Shown: piece by piece, positions 28,705 to 47,241 of the stretch
Numbering within the stretch: the stretch's first letter is position 1
Layout: each line of letters opens with the position of its first letter
Origin: Candidatus Poriferisocius aerobius
GTDB lineage: Bacteria > Actinomycetota > Acidimicrobiia > Acidimicrobiales > Bin134
NCBI GenBank assembly: GCA_028278955.1
Contig: JAPYOC010000073.1
Coordinates: 1 to 53,800 of the forward strand
Reading direction: 5' to 3'
DNA: 53,800 bases
The notes under the pieces: generated by a model
Database searches by the model: none
Seen by the model: the letters and a program-made list of their open reading frames with translations, nothing else
Told to the model about the DNA's origin: nothing
Program-made: the position numbers and the translations under genes

Positions 28705-31700
28705 TTGCCGGGGAAGGCGATTGTGCCGGATTCATCAGAGATGGCCCGCCTTGCGGGGCATTGCGGCCAAGCTGTCACCGCCCGCTCGTACAATCGGGCC
28801 ATGGTTCCTGCTGACCACCGGGACGAGAAGGCGCTGAACGCGGCCATTGCCGCCGCCATCGGTCGGTGCCACCCGCAGTCTGTGGTAGAAGCCGAGCGAG
28901 CCAGCAAGCTGGTCGGCTCAGCCAAGCAGCCCGACATCACCGTGGAAGCTCCCGGCCGTGAGCGAGTGCTGGTAGAGAACAAGTACTCCAACGTCTCGGC
29001 CCGGCACTTGGAGGAGCAGTGCTTGGGCCATTTCGGCACGCAGTGGGCCGCCGATCAGCGCCCAGTCCGGGTGGTAGTGGCCATGAGGAGCCCGGAGCGG
29101 CTGAATGACTTCTCTGATGAGGATCTCGCCGAAGGCGCGTTTACCGAGATCACCTTCCAGTGGGCCATGTGGTCGGTGAACGGCGAGGGTGATCCGGCTC
29201 GGTTCCCCGAATCCGGATGGCTGGAGGGTAGGATCGCCGAACTGGCCGCCTTCATCGACCGGGCGGGGGCCGACGGTGCCGACGCCGGTCCGGCCGCAGA
29301 GCGGCTACAGGCGCAGCTGGCCGCAGCGGCGGGCCAAGCCACCGAGGGGGTGGGCACTGCCGAGGCCTTCGGACTGGTGCTGGCCCAGGAGCCGGGGGAG
29401 CAGACCAACCGCATGGCGATGGCGATCCTGTTCAACGCCGTGCTGTTCCAGTTCCATATTGCCGCGCACCATCCAGAGATACCAACGCCCTCGCAGATGC
29501 TGGCCGACAACAAGCTGGATCAGCTCCATGTGCTCGAAATATGGCAGCAGGTCTTGGAGGTGAACTACTGGCCCATTTTCGGAGTGAGCCGAAGGCTGCT
29601 GCGGGAAATCAACAGTTTCGGGGCTGCCAAGCGATCGTTGGAACTACTGTGCCGCACCGCAGGGGAGATAGCCCACGACCCCAGTTCATCGGGCCTGGTG
29701 GGGCGGCTCCTCGGAGAGTTGATCGGCGACCGCAAATTCTTGGCCACCTTCTACACCCATCCTGCCTCGGCCGCGATGTTGGCCGAGCTGGCGGTGAGTC
29801 GCTTGGATGTGGATTGGTCGGATCCCGAGGCTATTGCCGGGTTGAGGGTGGGCGACATGGCCTGTGGCACCGGGGCGCTGTTGACCGCGGTCTACCGGCG
29901 GATCGTGGAGCGACACCGGGTTGAGGGCGGCGACGATGCCAATATCCATCGGACGCTCATGGAGGAGGTGATGATCGGCTGCGACATCATGGCCGCGGCC
30001 GTGCATCTGACGGCGTCTCGCCTGTCGGGGGAGCGGCCCGACATCGACTACACCGGCACCAAGACCTGGGTGATGCCCTACGGCAAAGTGGCCGATGCCC
30101 GCGGGGTGGTCGGCTACCGGATAGGGGCGCTCGACCTGTTGCACTCCAACACCCGCTATGCCCTCTGGGGTGACGGCACGCTGGCGGCGGCCGCGCAGGG
30201 AGAAGAGGCGCTGGCCTTCGCTGACGTTGCTGCAGAGTCATTGGACATCGCCATCATGAACCCCCCGTTCACCCGGCCGACCAACCATGAGGCCACCCAC
30301 GCCGAAGTGCCCAACCCGGCGTTTGCCGGGCTGGGCAACGACCCGCAAGATCAGAAGGCGATGTCGGAGGCGCTGGTGGCGAGCATCAAGAGCATCAGCG
30401 GCGGCAAGGCCAGTCACGGCAACGCGGGAATCGCCTCCAACTTCATCGACTTGGCCCATGCCAAGCTCAAGCCCGGCGGCGTATTGGCCCTGATCGTGCC
30501 GGCGTCGCTGGTTTCCGGGGCCTCGTGGAGGCCGGCGCGCGGTCTTCTGGCTGCTGGCTATGGAGACATTGAGATCTTCTCCATTTCAGAGCACGGAGAC
30601 GAAGCGTCGCAGGGCCGTGCCTTCTCTGCCGACACCGGGATGGCGGAAGTGATTGTGGTTGCCACAAAGCATGAGCGATCTCCGCGTAGCAGATCGCTGG
30701 AGGCCGATTATGTGGTCTTGGGCAAGCGGCCCGTGTCGGCGCTGGCTGGAGTTGAGATCGCGCAAGCGGTGATGGGCTCAGAGGAACGAGATGCTCTGCT
30801 GTCTCTTGGCGATCAGGTTCATGGACATCGTTCAGCATCGGCATTCACGAAAAACATGTGTGGCCACCCGGTTGGAACTCACAGTTTTGAGGTTGTTGTC
30901 ACCTCTTCAGAGCTTGCAGCCGGAAAGCTGGCATTACCCCGTGGTCGTGCCTTGGATCTTCCAATCAGCGGACTGGCTCAGCTCGGCTACCGAGGGTCGG
31001 TAGACAGAGACATTGCAGGCAAAAACTCAGACGGCACACCACGGGGGCCTTTCGATATCCTCAGGCTCTCAGATAGGCATCAGCACGCCAGCGTTGATTG
31101 GCCAGTGCTCTGGTCACATGACCATAGAGCAGAGATATTGATGAGAGTCCTCCCCTGTTCGAGGGGAGTCTTGCGCCAGAATATGAGAAATCGGGCGCTA
31201 GAGATTTGGGAGGGACGCGACAACCCTGTCGGCGGACAGTGGATTTCAGGCGCAACCCGTCTCCACATCAACAGCGACTTTCGGCTGAACTCTCAGCCCA
31301 CCGCCGCTTGTCTGACCCCCAAGCCTGCCATGGGCGGGCGGGCGTGGCCCTCGTTTCAGCCGACGGCGGACGACGAATCTGAAAATGAGAACTGGGAGAA
31401 GGCAATCTGCGTATGGCTGAACAGCACCCTCGGCCTGCTCGGACGCTGGTGGGTCTCCAGCCGCCAGCAAAAGGGTCGGGCAAACCTCACGATCACCACC
31501 CTGGGGAGCATTCCCGTTCTGGACTTGCAGGCCATCTCAGCTGAACAGGTACGGGAGCTGGCCGCCACCTTCGACGAGTTTGAGCACCGGCCCATGCTGC
31601 CGGCCAACGAGGCCTACCGAGACGAAACCCGCCAGGAACTAGACTGGGCAGTGCTGTGCGGGGTGCTGGGGCTTCCCGAGACCATTCTCGACCCGCTGGC

Positions 31701-31764
31701 AACGCTGAGATTGCAGTGGTGCGCGGAGCCCTCGGTTCATGGCAACAAGAAAACCCGTCCCTGA
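28705..31764 (+). CDS. single-polypeptide restriction-modification-like enzyme: PD-ExK nuclease-like N-terminus, gamma-class N6-adenine DNA methyltransferase and TaqI-like specificity domain (type IIG/IIL-like)
   Basis: QPDITVEAPGRERVLVENKY (D..ExK); FYTHPASAAMLAEL (motif X-like); VGDMACGTGALL (motif I); IMNPPFT (motif IV); VWLNSTLGLLGRWWV..GSIPVLD (TaqI-C-like). The start is uncertain: TTG 28705, GTG 28723 (which has GGAAGG upstream) or ATG 28741. Confidence 0.7.
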   Translation: MPGKAIVPDSSEMARLAGHCGQAVTARSYNRAMVPADHRDEKALNAAIAAAIGRCHPQSVVEAERASKLVGSAKQPDITVEAPGRERVLVENKYSNVSARHLEEQCLGHFGTQWAADQRPVRVVVAMRSPERLNDFSDEDLAEGAFTEITFQWAMWSVNGEGDPARFPESGWLEGRIAELAAFIDRAGADGADAGPAAERLQAQLAAAAGQATEGVGTAEAFGLVLAQEPGEQTNRMAMAILFNAVLFQFHIAAHHPEIPTPSQMLADNKLDQLHVLEIWQQVLEVNYWPIFGVSRRLLREINSFGAAKRSLELLCRTAGEIAHDPSSSGLVGRLLGELIGDRKFLATFYTHPASAAMLAELAVSRLDVDWSDPEAIAGLRVGDMACGTGALLTAVYRRIVERHRVEGGDDANIHRTLMEEVMIGCDIMAAAVHLTASRLSGERPDIDYTGTKTWVMPYGKVADARGVVGYRIGALDLLHSNTRYALWGDGTLAAAAQGEEALAFADVAAESLDIAIMNPPFTRPTNHEATHAEVPNPAFAGLGNDPQDQKAMSEALVASIKSISGGKASHGNAGIASNFIDLAHAKLKPGGVLALIVPASLVSGASWRPARGLLAAGYGDIEIFSISEHGDEASQGRAFSADTGMAEVIVVATKHERSPRSRSLEADYVVLGKRPVSALAGVEIAQAVMGSEERDALLSLGDQVHGHRSASAFTKNMCGHPVGTHSFEVVVTSSELAAGKLALPRGRALDLPISGLAQLGYRGSVDRDIAGKNSDGTPRGPFDILRLSDRHQHASVDWPVLWSHDHRAEILMRVLPCSRGVLRQNMRNRALEIWEGRDNPVGGQWISGATRLHINSDFRLNSQPTAACLTPKPAMGGRAWPSFQPTADDESENENWEKAICVWLNSTLGLLGRWWVSSRQQKGRANLTITTLGSIPVLDLQAISAEQVRELAATFDEFEHRPMLPANEAYRDETRQELDWAVLCGVLGLPETILDPLATLRLQWCAEPSVHGNKKTRP

Positions 31765-31802
31765 CTCTCAGCAGAAGCCGAGCCGTTCAGCCTGGGGCAG
31801 GG

Positions 31803-32969
31803 TCAGATGCCCTCGGCTTCGACTTCCTCGCGGCTGACGCCGAGCAGGAACAGCACTGCGTCCAGGTAGGGGACGCTCACGGCAGTCTCTACGGCTTGGC
31901 GGACCCTGGGCTTGGCGTTGAAAGCGATGCCCAGGCCTGCGGCGGTCAGCATGTCGATGTCGTTGGCCCCGTCGCCCACCGCCACCACCTGCTCGGCTGT
32001 CACCCCCTCGGCGGCGGCCACCTCGTGGAGGATTTCGGCTTTGCGAGCCCGGTCCACCAGTGGGCCTTCCAAGCGGCCGGTGAGCTTGCCGTCGGCCATC
32101 TCCAGGGTGTTGGCGAAGGCGTAGTCGAGGTCGAAATCCTGTTTGAGCCGGTTGCAGAATCGGGTGAAACCTCCGCTCACGATGGCGACGACGTAACCCA
32201 GCCGCTGAAGGGTGGCCAAAAACGTTCGGGCACCGGGGGTCAGGGTCATCTGGTCCCACACCCGCTCCAAGGCGGCTTCGTCCAACCCGGCGAGGAGGCG
32301 AACCCGGTCTCGCAGGGCGGTCTCGAAGTCGATCTCTCCTCGCATGGCCTGCTCGGTCAGCTCTTGGCACACTTCGAAGCATCCTGCCTCGGCGGCCAGC
32401 AGGTCGATCATCTCGTCCTGGATGAGGGTGGAGTCCACGTCGAGCATGGCCACCCGCTTGGTCCGCCGAGCCAGCCCTTCTCGCTGGATGGCCACGTCGA
32501 AGTCGGGGCTGGCGGCGGCCACCGAGAGCAGGTTGCGGCGGATAGCGTCGGCGTCGCCCCCCTCCACCAGCAGCTCGTAGCTGTAAATGGGATAGCGGGA
32601 GAGACGCACGATGCGGTTGATGTTGCCGCCGCCCTCGGCGATGGCGGCGGCGGTGGCGGCCAGCATCGCCGGGGCCAGTTCTCGGCCCAGCACGGTCACG
32701 GCGTGGGCGCCGATGTGAGCGGTGGGAGTGGGATCGACCACGTCGAACTCCACAGCGACTTTCTGCTCCCAGCCGAAAAGGAGCAGGTCTTTGAGCAGAT
32801 CCCGGCCGGGGGGAACCTCCACCACGATGCCCAGCGTGAGCTGGCGGCGGATGACCACCTGCTCGATGTCCTGAATGCGGGCGTCACCGCTGGTGAGCAC
32901 GTCGAGCAGGGCCGCGAACAGCCCGGGACGGTCGGGACCGGAAACCCGGAGCAGGATCACTTTGTCCAT
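31803..32969 (-). CDS. serB: phosphoserine phosphatase with N-terminal tandem ACT domains (SerB2-like)
   Basis: HAD motifs MLDVDSTLIQ and GDGANDIDM; 388 aa. The ~170 N-terminal residues are ACT-like. Confidence 0.88.
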   Translation of the reverse strand: MDKVILLRVSGPDRPGLFAALLDVLTSGDARIQDIEQVVIRRQLTLGIVVEVPPGRDLLKDLLLFGWEQKVAVEFDVVDPTPTAHIGAHAVTVLGRELAPAMLAATAAAIAEGGGNINRIVRLSRYPIYSYELLVEGGDADAIRRNLLSVAAASPDFDVAIQREGLARRTKRVAMLDVDSTLIQDEMIDLLAAEAGCFEVCQELTEQAMRGEIDFETALRDRVRLLAGLDEAALERVWDQMTLTPGARTFLATLQRLGYVVAIVSGGFTRFCNRLKQDFDLDYAFANTLEMADGKLTGRLEGPLVDRARKAEILHEVAAAEGVTAEQVVAVGDGANDIDMLTAAGLGIAFNAKPRVRQAVETAVSVPYLDAVLFLLGVSREEVEAEGI

Positions 32970-33019
32970 GGCGGTGTGGACTCGGCCTGCGGCTTCGGTG
33001 TTGTCGCTCCGGTTCAGCC

Positions 33020-33340
33020 TCAGCCGTGTTGGAGCTTGATCTCTATGTCGACACCTGCGGGCAAGTCCAGCCGCTGAAGGGAGTCCACGGTCTTGGGACC
33101 GGGATCCACGATGTCGAGCAAGCGCTTGTGGATGCGTATCTCGAAATGCTCGCGGCTGTCTTTGTCTTTGTGGGGCGAACGGATGACGGTGAAGCGGTGC
33201 TTCTCGGTGGGCAGCGGGACAGGTCCCCGCAGATCGGCCTGAGTGCGCTTGACCGTCTCCACGATCTTCTTCGTGGACTGGTCGATGATCTCGTGATCGT
33301 AGGCCTTCAGCCGAATGCGGATTTTCTGTCCTGCGGCCAT
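33020..33340 (-). CDS. rpsJ: 30S ribosomal protein S10
   Basis: An internal ATG gives [48 protein letters not shown]; 106 aa. It lies 5 bp after tuf. Confidence 0.95.
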   Translation of the reverse strand: MAAGQKIRIRLKAYDHEIIDQSTKKIVETVKRTQADLRGPVPLPTEKHRFTVIRSPHKDKDSREHFEIRIHKRLLDIVDPGPKTVDSLQRLDLPAGVDIEIKLQHG

Positions 33341-33345
33341 GAGAG

Positions 33346-34536
<1,191 letters not shown>

Positions 34537-34571
34537 TTTCTATCCTCCGAAGACGGGCTATTGGCCTGTAG

Positions 34572-36650
34572 TTACTCGCCCCGAATGCGGGCGACGATCT
34601 CCTCCTGCACCTTGACAGGCGCCTGCCGGTAGGTGTCGAACTGCATGGTGTGCGTGGCACGCCCCTGGGTTCTCGACCGGAGTTCGGTAGCGTATCCGAA
34701 CATTTCCGAGAGTGGCACATGGGCCTTGACAATTTGTTCGCGACCCCGCTGCTCCATGCTGTCGATCTTGCCCCGGCGGCTGTTCAAGTCGCCGATGACG
34801 TCACCCATGTACTCCTCGGGGGTCACCACATCAACGGCCATGATCGGCTCGAGCAATGTGGGCTTGGCTCGTCGGGCGGCATCGCGCAAGGCGGCGGTGG
34901 CCGCGATCTTGAAGGCCATGTCGGATGAGTCCACCTCGTGGTGCCGGCCGTCGGTGAGGGTCACCTTGAGGTCCACAACCGGGAATCCGGCCAGAGGCCC
35001 GGTGGTCATGGCGTCTTGCATGCCGCTGTTCACGGCGGGGATGTACTCCTTGGGAATGCGCCCGCCGCTGATTTCGGTGGCGAACTCGTAGCCTTTGCCG
35101 GGATCGTTCGGCTCTAGGTTGAAGGTGATCTCGGCATACTGCCCGGCGCCGCCGGTCTGCTTTTTGTGGGTGTAGGTGAACTTGGTCACCGGGGCGGAGA
35201 TTGTTTCCCGATAGGCCACCTGCGGCTTGCCGACCGAGGCGTCCACGCGGAACTCCCGCAGCATCCGCTCCACCAGCACCTCCAAGTGCAGTTCCCCCAT
35301 TCCGGCGATGAGGGTTTGGGCCGTCTCCTCGTCGGTGCGGACCTGAAACGTGGGATCCTCTTCGGCCAAGGCCGACATGGCCTTGCCCAGTTTGTCCTGG
35401 TCGGCCTTGGTCCTGGGCTCCACCGCCACTTGGATTACCGGATCGGGGAAGTCCATCTGCTCCAGCTCGATCGGGTGGTCGGGATGGGTCAAAGTGTCGC
35501 CGGTGCGCACGTCCTTGAGGCCGATACCGGCCACGATGTCGCCGGCGCGCACAACGTCGAGATCCTCCCGGTCGTTGGCGTGCATCTCCAAAATGCGCCC
35601 GAGCCGCTCTTTGCGGCCAGAACGGGTGTTGACCACCTGGCTGCCCTTGGCCATCTGGCCGCTGTACACCCGGAAGTAGGTGAGCTTGCCGACGTGGGGA
35701 TCGCTCATGATCTTGAACGCCAAGGCGCTGAACGGCGCGTCGTCGTCGGCGGGCCGCTCGGACTCTTCTCCCTTGTGGACGCCCTTCACCGGGGGGATGT
35801 CCAGCGGGGAGGGGAGGTAGTCGATAACGGCATCCAAAAGAGGCTGCACGCCCTTGTTCTTGAAGGCCGATCCGCACAGCACCGGCACGATGTCCAGCGA
35901 AAGGGTGCAGGCCCGCAGCGAGGCCCGCAGGTCGGCGGGGGTGATCGACTCCTCGTCCTCGACGTACTTCTCCAGCAGATGCTCGTCGAACTGGGTCAAT
36001 AGGTCGATGAGCTCGAGGCGGGCTTCGGCGGCTTTGTCCTTGATGTCGTCGGGAATCTCGGTGACGTCCCAAGTGGAACCCAAATCGTCGCCTCGCCACA
36101 CGAGGCCCTGCATCTCCACCAAATCGACCACGCCGAGCAGTTCGGCCTCGAGGCCGATGGGCAGCTGCACCACCGCGGTGTTGGCGCGCAGCCGCTCGGT
36201 GATGGTGAGCACAGCCCGCTCGAAATTGGCCCCGGTGCGGTCGAGCTTGTTGATGAAGCAGATGCGGGGGACGCCGTACTTGTTGGCCTGGCGCCACACC
36301 GTCTCCGACTGGGGTTCCACGCCGGCCACGCCGTCGAACAGAGCCACCGCGCCGTCGAGCACTCGCAGGGATCGCTCCACCTCCATGGTGAAGTCCACAT
36401 GGCCAGGAGTGTCGATGATGTTGATCCGGTGCCCGGCCCACTCTGCGGTGGTGGCTGCCGAGGTGATCGTGATGCCCCGCTCCTGCTCTTGCTCCATCCA
36501 GTCCATGGTGGCGGCGCCGTCATGCACTTCTCCGAGCTTGTAGGCCTTGCCGGTGTAGTAGAGAATGCGCTCGGTGCAGGTGGTTTTGCCCGCGTCGATG
36601 TGGGCCATGATGCCAATGTTGCGGGTTTTGTCCAGCGGATGACGAGACAT
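34572..36650 (-). CDS. fusA: elongation factor G
   Basis: [14 protein letters not shown] and DTPGHVDF motifs; 692 aa. Confidence 0.97.
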   Translation of the reverse strand: MSRHPLDKTRNIGIMAHIDAGKTTCTERILYYTGKAYKLGEVHDGAATMDWMEQEQERGITITSAATTAEWAGHRINIIDTPGHVDFTMEVERSLRVLDGAVALFDGVAGVEPQSETVWRQANKYGVPRICFINKLDRTGANFERAVLTITERLRANTAVVQLPIGLEAELLGVVDLVEMQGLVWRGDDLGSTWDVTEIPDDIKDKAAEARLELIDLLTQFDEHLLEKYVEDEESITPADLRASLRACTLSLDIVPVLCGSAFKNKGVQPLLDAVIDYLPSPLDIPPVKGVHKGEESERPADDDAPFSALAFKIMSDPHVGKLTYFRVYSGQMAKGSQVVNTRSGRKERLGRILEMHANDREDLDVVRAGDIVAGIGLKDVRTGDTLTHPDHPIELEQMDFPDPVIQVAVEPRTKADQDKLGKAMSALAEEDPTFQVRTDEETAQTLIAGMGELHLEVLVERMLREFRVDASVGKPQVAYRETISAPVTKFTYTHKKQTGGAGQYAEITFNLEPNDPGKGYEFATEISGGRIPKEYIPAVNSGMQDAMTTGPLAGFPVVDLKVTLTDGRHHEVDSSDMAFKIAATAALRDAARRAKPTLLEPIMAVDVVTPEEYMGDVIGDLNSRRGKIDSMEQRGREQIVKAHVPLSEMFGYATELRSRTQGRATHTMQFDTYRQAPVKVQEEIVARIRGE

Positions 36651-36673
36651 GGTGTTCAGGAGGCGAACGCCGC

Positions 36674-37144
36674 TTACCAGCGGTAGTGGGCGAAGGCGCG
36701 GTTCGACTCAGCCATCTTGTGCAAGTCGTCGCGCCGCTTCACCGACGCACCCAGGCCATTGGAGGCATCCAGGATTTCATTGGCCAGGCGATCGGTCATG
36801 GTGCGCTCGCGCCGCTCGCGAGCATGGTTGACGATCCAGCGGATGGCCAGGGTGTTCGCCCGGCGAGGGCGCACATCCACCGGAACCTGATAAGTGGCGC
36901 CGCCAACGCGGCGGCTGCGGACCTCGAGCTGGGGACGGACGTTGTCCACGGCCCGCTTCAGGGTGCCCAGCGGCTCGGCGCTGGTCTTCTGCTCCACGAT
37001 ATCGAGCGCGCCGTAGACGATTCGCTCCGCAGTGGAGCGCTTGCCCCGTTGCAGTATCTTGTTGACGAACTGGGTGACCAGCAAGGAGTCGTAGACCGGG
37101 TCGTTGGGAAGGTTGCGTCGCCCCGCGGGGCCCTTGCGAGGCAT
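36674..37144 (-). CDS. rpsG: 30S ribosomal protein S7
   Basis: An internal ATG gives [10 protein letters not shown]... The protein ends AFAHYRW. Confidence 0.95.
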   Translation of the reverse strand: MPRKGPAGRRNLPNDPVYDSLLVTQFVNKILQRGKRSTAERIVYGALDIVEQKTSAEPLGTLKRAVDNVRPQLEVRSRRVGGATYQVPVDVRPRRANTLAIRWIVNHARERRERTMTDRLANEILDASNGLGASVKRRDDLHKMAESNRAFAHYRW

Positions 37145-37188
37145 CGTTAGGCCCCTGTGCCGGTGCCGGAGGAATGCCCAGACATGGA

Positions 37189-37560
37189 TCAGGCTTCCTG
37201 CTTGGCGCCGTAACGGCTGCGGGCTTGTCGGCGGTCGGACACCCCCGCAGTGTCCAGGGTGCCGCGGATGACCTTGTAGCGCACGCCCGGCAGATCGCGG
37301 ACCCGGCCGCCCCGCACCAGCACAATGGAGTGCTCTTGAAGATTGTGGCCCTCGCCGGGGATGTAGGCGGTGACCTCCATGCCGCTGGTTAGACGGACGC
37401 GGGCCACCCGACGGAGCGCAGAGTTCGGCTTTTTCGGAGTAGTAGTGTAAACCCGAGTACACACCCCTCGCCGCTGGGGCGCGCCTTTGAGGGCCGGTGT
37501 CTTCTCCTTGCGGAATTTCGACTGGCGACCCTTGCGCACCAGTTGCTGGATCGTGGGCAC
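37189..37560 (-). CDS. rpsL: 30S ribosomal protein S12
   Basis: [29 protein letters not shown]. Confidence 0.96.
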   Translation of the reverse strand: MPTIQQLVRKGRQSKFRKEKTPALKGAPQRRGVCTRVYTTTPKKPNSALRRVARVRLTSGMEVTAYIPGEGHNLQEHSIVLVRGGRVRDLPGVRYKVIRGTLDTAGVSDRRQARSRYGAKQEA

Positions 37561-37626
37561 AGCACTTCCTAGGGTTGAGTGGAAAAAGGTTGAGAGCGCA
37601 GCGATGGCCGCGCGCCAATGGTTACT

Positions 37627-45192
<7,566 letters not shown>

Positions 45193-45348
45193 CCCTGAGC
45201 GCCGACAGGAGGGGGAAATCCAGTAGACGCGGCCGCGTCAAACGAGTAGGCGTGATTGGGGAGACAAGCGAGCCGGTATGGGGGGATGTTACGCGGCGCG
45301 GGCAAGGCTTACAAACCATACCCGCTAGGTTTTCGCTGTTCTCGTGGG

Positions 45349-45741
45349 TTATTTGAGCTCGACGGCCCCGCCGACGGCCTCGATGAGCTCTTTGGCCTTC
45401 TCGGCGTCTTCCTTGGAGGCCTTCTCCAAGACCGGCTTGGGGGCGTTGTCCACCAGCTCTTTGGCGTCCTTGAGCCCCAGATTGGTGAGAGAGCGCACCT
45501 CCTTGATGACCTGGATCTTCTTGTCGCCCGCGTTGGTGAGCACCACATCGAACTCGGTCTGCTCATCACCGCCGCCGCTGTCACCGCCGTCGGCGTCGGG
45601 CGCCGCCACCATCATGGGCATGGTCGCAGCCGGGGCCGAGGCCTCAACGTTGAAGCGCTCCTTGAACGCCTCTTTGAGCTCGGACAGCTCGAGCACGGTC
45701 ATGGACCCGATGGAGTCCAGAATCTCGTCAACTTTGGACAT
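45349..45741 (-). CDS. rplL: 50S ribosomal protein L7/L12
   Basis: 130 aa with an Ala-rich hinge and the C-terminal region KEVRSLTNLGLKDAKELV. Confidence 0.95.
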   Translation of the reverse strand: MSKVDEILDSIGSMTVLELSELKEAFKERFNVEASAPAATMPMMVAAPDADGGDSGGGDEQTEFDVVLTNAGDKKIQVIKEVRSLTNLGLKDAKELVDNAPKPVLEKASKEDAEKAKELIEAVGGAVELK

Positions 45742-45743
45742 TG

Positions 45744-46337
45744 CTATGCCTCATTCCTTTTGTTTGTGATTCCTTTTTCGCTCAGCGCTTCCAGCAGCCC
45801 GGCCACCTCCACCATCGGCGCTTCCAGCAGCCCGGCCACCTCCACCATCGGCGCTTCGATGAGCGCGGCCATCTCGGCCATGGGGGCCTCGAGCAGTCCG
45901 AGGAGCTCGGAGAGAATCTCGTCTCTGGTTCCGAGTTTGGACAGGGCGTTCACGTCGTCGGCGCTGAGCACCTGGCCGTCGAGCACCCCTCCCTTTATCG
46001 ACAGGAAGCTGGAATCGCCGGCGTACCGGCACAGGGCCTTGGCCAGCGAGACTGCGTCGCCGGGGGTGCCGTCGTCACGGGTGCCCACGAAGGCCAGCGC
46101 GGTCGGGCCTGCGAGCATGGCGTCCAGGTCCAAGTTCAGCTCTCGGGCTGCGAAGCGGGTGAGGGTGTTCTTGTATACCCTGTATTCGCCCCCGACTTCG
46201 CGCAGCTGCTGGCGCAGCGCGGCCAGCGCGGGCACGTCGAGGCCGCGATAGTCGGTGAGCACCACTGCCTCGGTGGAGGAGATGCGGTCGCGCACCTCGT
46301 TCACCACGGCCACTTTCTCGGGGCGGGGATTTTCCAT
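45744..46337 (-). CDS. rplJ: 50S ribosomal protein L10 (extended C-terminal helix region)
   Basis: MENPRPEKVAVVNEV..LTDYRGLDV..LR.. The start is placed at the internal ATG 46337; the longest ORF starts at 46367. Confidence 0.9.
   Translation of the reverse strand: MENPRPEKVAVVNEVRDRISSTEAVVLTDYRGLDVPALAALRQQLREVGGEYRVYKNTLTRFAARELNLDLDAMLAGPTALAFVGTRDDGTPGDAVSLAKALCRYAGDSSFLSIKGGVLDGQVLSADDVNALSKLGTRDEILSELLGLLEAPMAEMAALIEAPMVEVAGLLEAPMVEVAGLLEALSEKGITNKRNEA
45785..45883. repeat. 33-bp in-frame tandem repeat inside rplJ (two perfect units plus one diverged unit)
   Basis: 45785-45817 is identical to 45818-45850 (gcgcttccagcagcccggccacctccaccatcg). 45851-45883 is a degenerate third copy. The encoded repeat is LLEAPMVEVAG x2, then LIEAPMAEMAA. 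Confidence 0.9.
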
Positions 46338-46539
46338 CAGTAGGGCTGAGCCTTCCGTAACAGGCAAATGGGGCGCCGCTGAGATGCGAACGCCCCACGA
46401 TCCTCGGGAGGGTTCACCTCGTCAGGCTGGCTGTCACCTTGGTCTGGGACGACTGGGTGTCAGCCGATTAAGCGGTGCTGGGCACTGCGCCTGATGTCTG
46501 CGGCAAAGCGATCAATTGTGAGTAGCTGAAATTATCAGT

Positions 46540-47241
46540 TCAGCTGCTGGCCCCCAAGTCGGCGGGATCCAGTCGGACTCCGGGTCCCATGGTCGAGGAG
46601 ATGGTCACCTTGCGGACATAGCGGCCCTTGAGGGCTGCGGGCTTGGCCCGGGCGACCTCTTCCATGACCGCTCGGATGTTGGCCACCAGGGCATCGGCCT
46701 CGAAGCTGACCTTGCCCACCGGCACATGGATGTTGCCCTGGCGATCGGTGCGGTACTCCACCTTGCCGCTCTTGAACTCGCCCACCGCTTGGGCCACGTC
46801 GTCGGTGACGGTGCCGGTCTTGGGGTTGGGCATCAGCCCTCGGGGGCCCAGAATCTTCCCGAGCTTGCCCACCACCGGCATCATGTCGGGGGTGGCGATG
46901 GCCACGTCGAAGTCCATCTTGCCCGCCTGCACCTGCTCGGCGAGATCGTCGGCGCCCACCACATCGGCGCCGGCTTCGCCGGCCAGGGTGGCCGCCTCGC
47001 CTTGAGCGAACACCGCCACCCGGACGTCGGTGCCGGTGCCGGAGGGCAGCGAGACCGTTCCCCGGATCATCTGGTCGGCTTTGCGGGGATCAACCCCCAG
47101 CCGGGCGGCGAGTTCCAGGGTCTCGTCGAACTTCGCAGGCGACAGGGTTTTAACCAGCTCTACCCCCTCTTGGGCGGTGTGCGGGTGTTGCCTGTCGTAG
47201 CGCCGGGCGGCATCGCCGTATCGCTTGCCTTTCTTCGCCAT
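46540..47241 (-). CDS. rplA: 50S ribosomal protein L1
   Basis: [37 protein letters not shown]. Confidence 0.95.
   Translation of the reverse strand: MAKKGKRYGDAARRYDRQHPHTAQEGVELVKTLSPAKFDETLELAARLGVDPRKADQMIRGTVSLPSGTGTDVRVAVFAQGEAATLAGEAGADVVGADDLAEQVQAGKMDFDVAIATPDMMPVVGKLGKILGPRGLMPNPKTGTVTDDVAQAVGEFKSGKVEYRTDRQGNIHVPVGKVSFEADALVANIRAVMEEVARAKPAALKGRYVRKVTISSTMGPGVRLDPADLGASS

Noticed and set aside
28671-29039. N-terminal 123-aa extension of the tpx ORF (28170..29039)
   Set aside because: It overlaps the 5' end of the plus-strand restriction-modification-like gene. The canonical 166-aa Tpx starts at ATG 28670.
24364-33019. Search for an integrase, transposase, IS ends or a tRNA fragment at the borders of the rpsJ-rplC interruption
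   Set aside because: I recognised none by eye. The only repeat structure found is the 26-bp direct repeat around the inner cassette, so the mechanism for the outer 8.7-kb interruption remains unknown.
31656-33077. ORF 31656..33077 (+, 473 aa), plus ORFs 33571..34632, 34831..36441, 38509..40533, 41986..43839 and 46726..48729
   Set aside because: All are antisense or off-frame shadows of serB, tuf, fusA, rpoC, rpoB and rplA/rplK/nusG. They have homopolymer-like G/R/H/A composition and no motifs.
45785-45883. Tandem 33-bp repeats considered as a possible mini CRISPR array
   Set aside because: The units are directly adjacent with no spacers, in frame inside rplJ, and no cas genes are present. 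This is a coding tandem duplication.
46368-46539. Possible L10 (rplJ) leader RNA in the 172-bp rplA-rplJ spacer, including a GGGGCG..CGCCCC hairpin near 46372-46398
   Set aside because: The position is plausible, but I cannot verify the covariation model by eye, so I did not call it as a feature.
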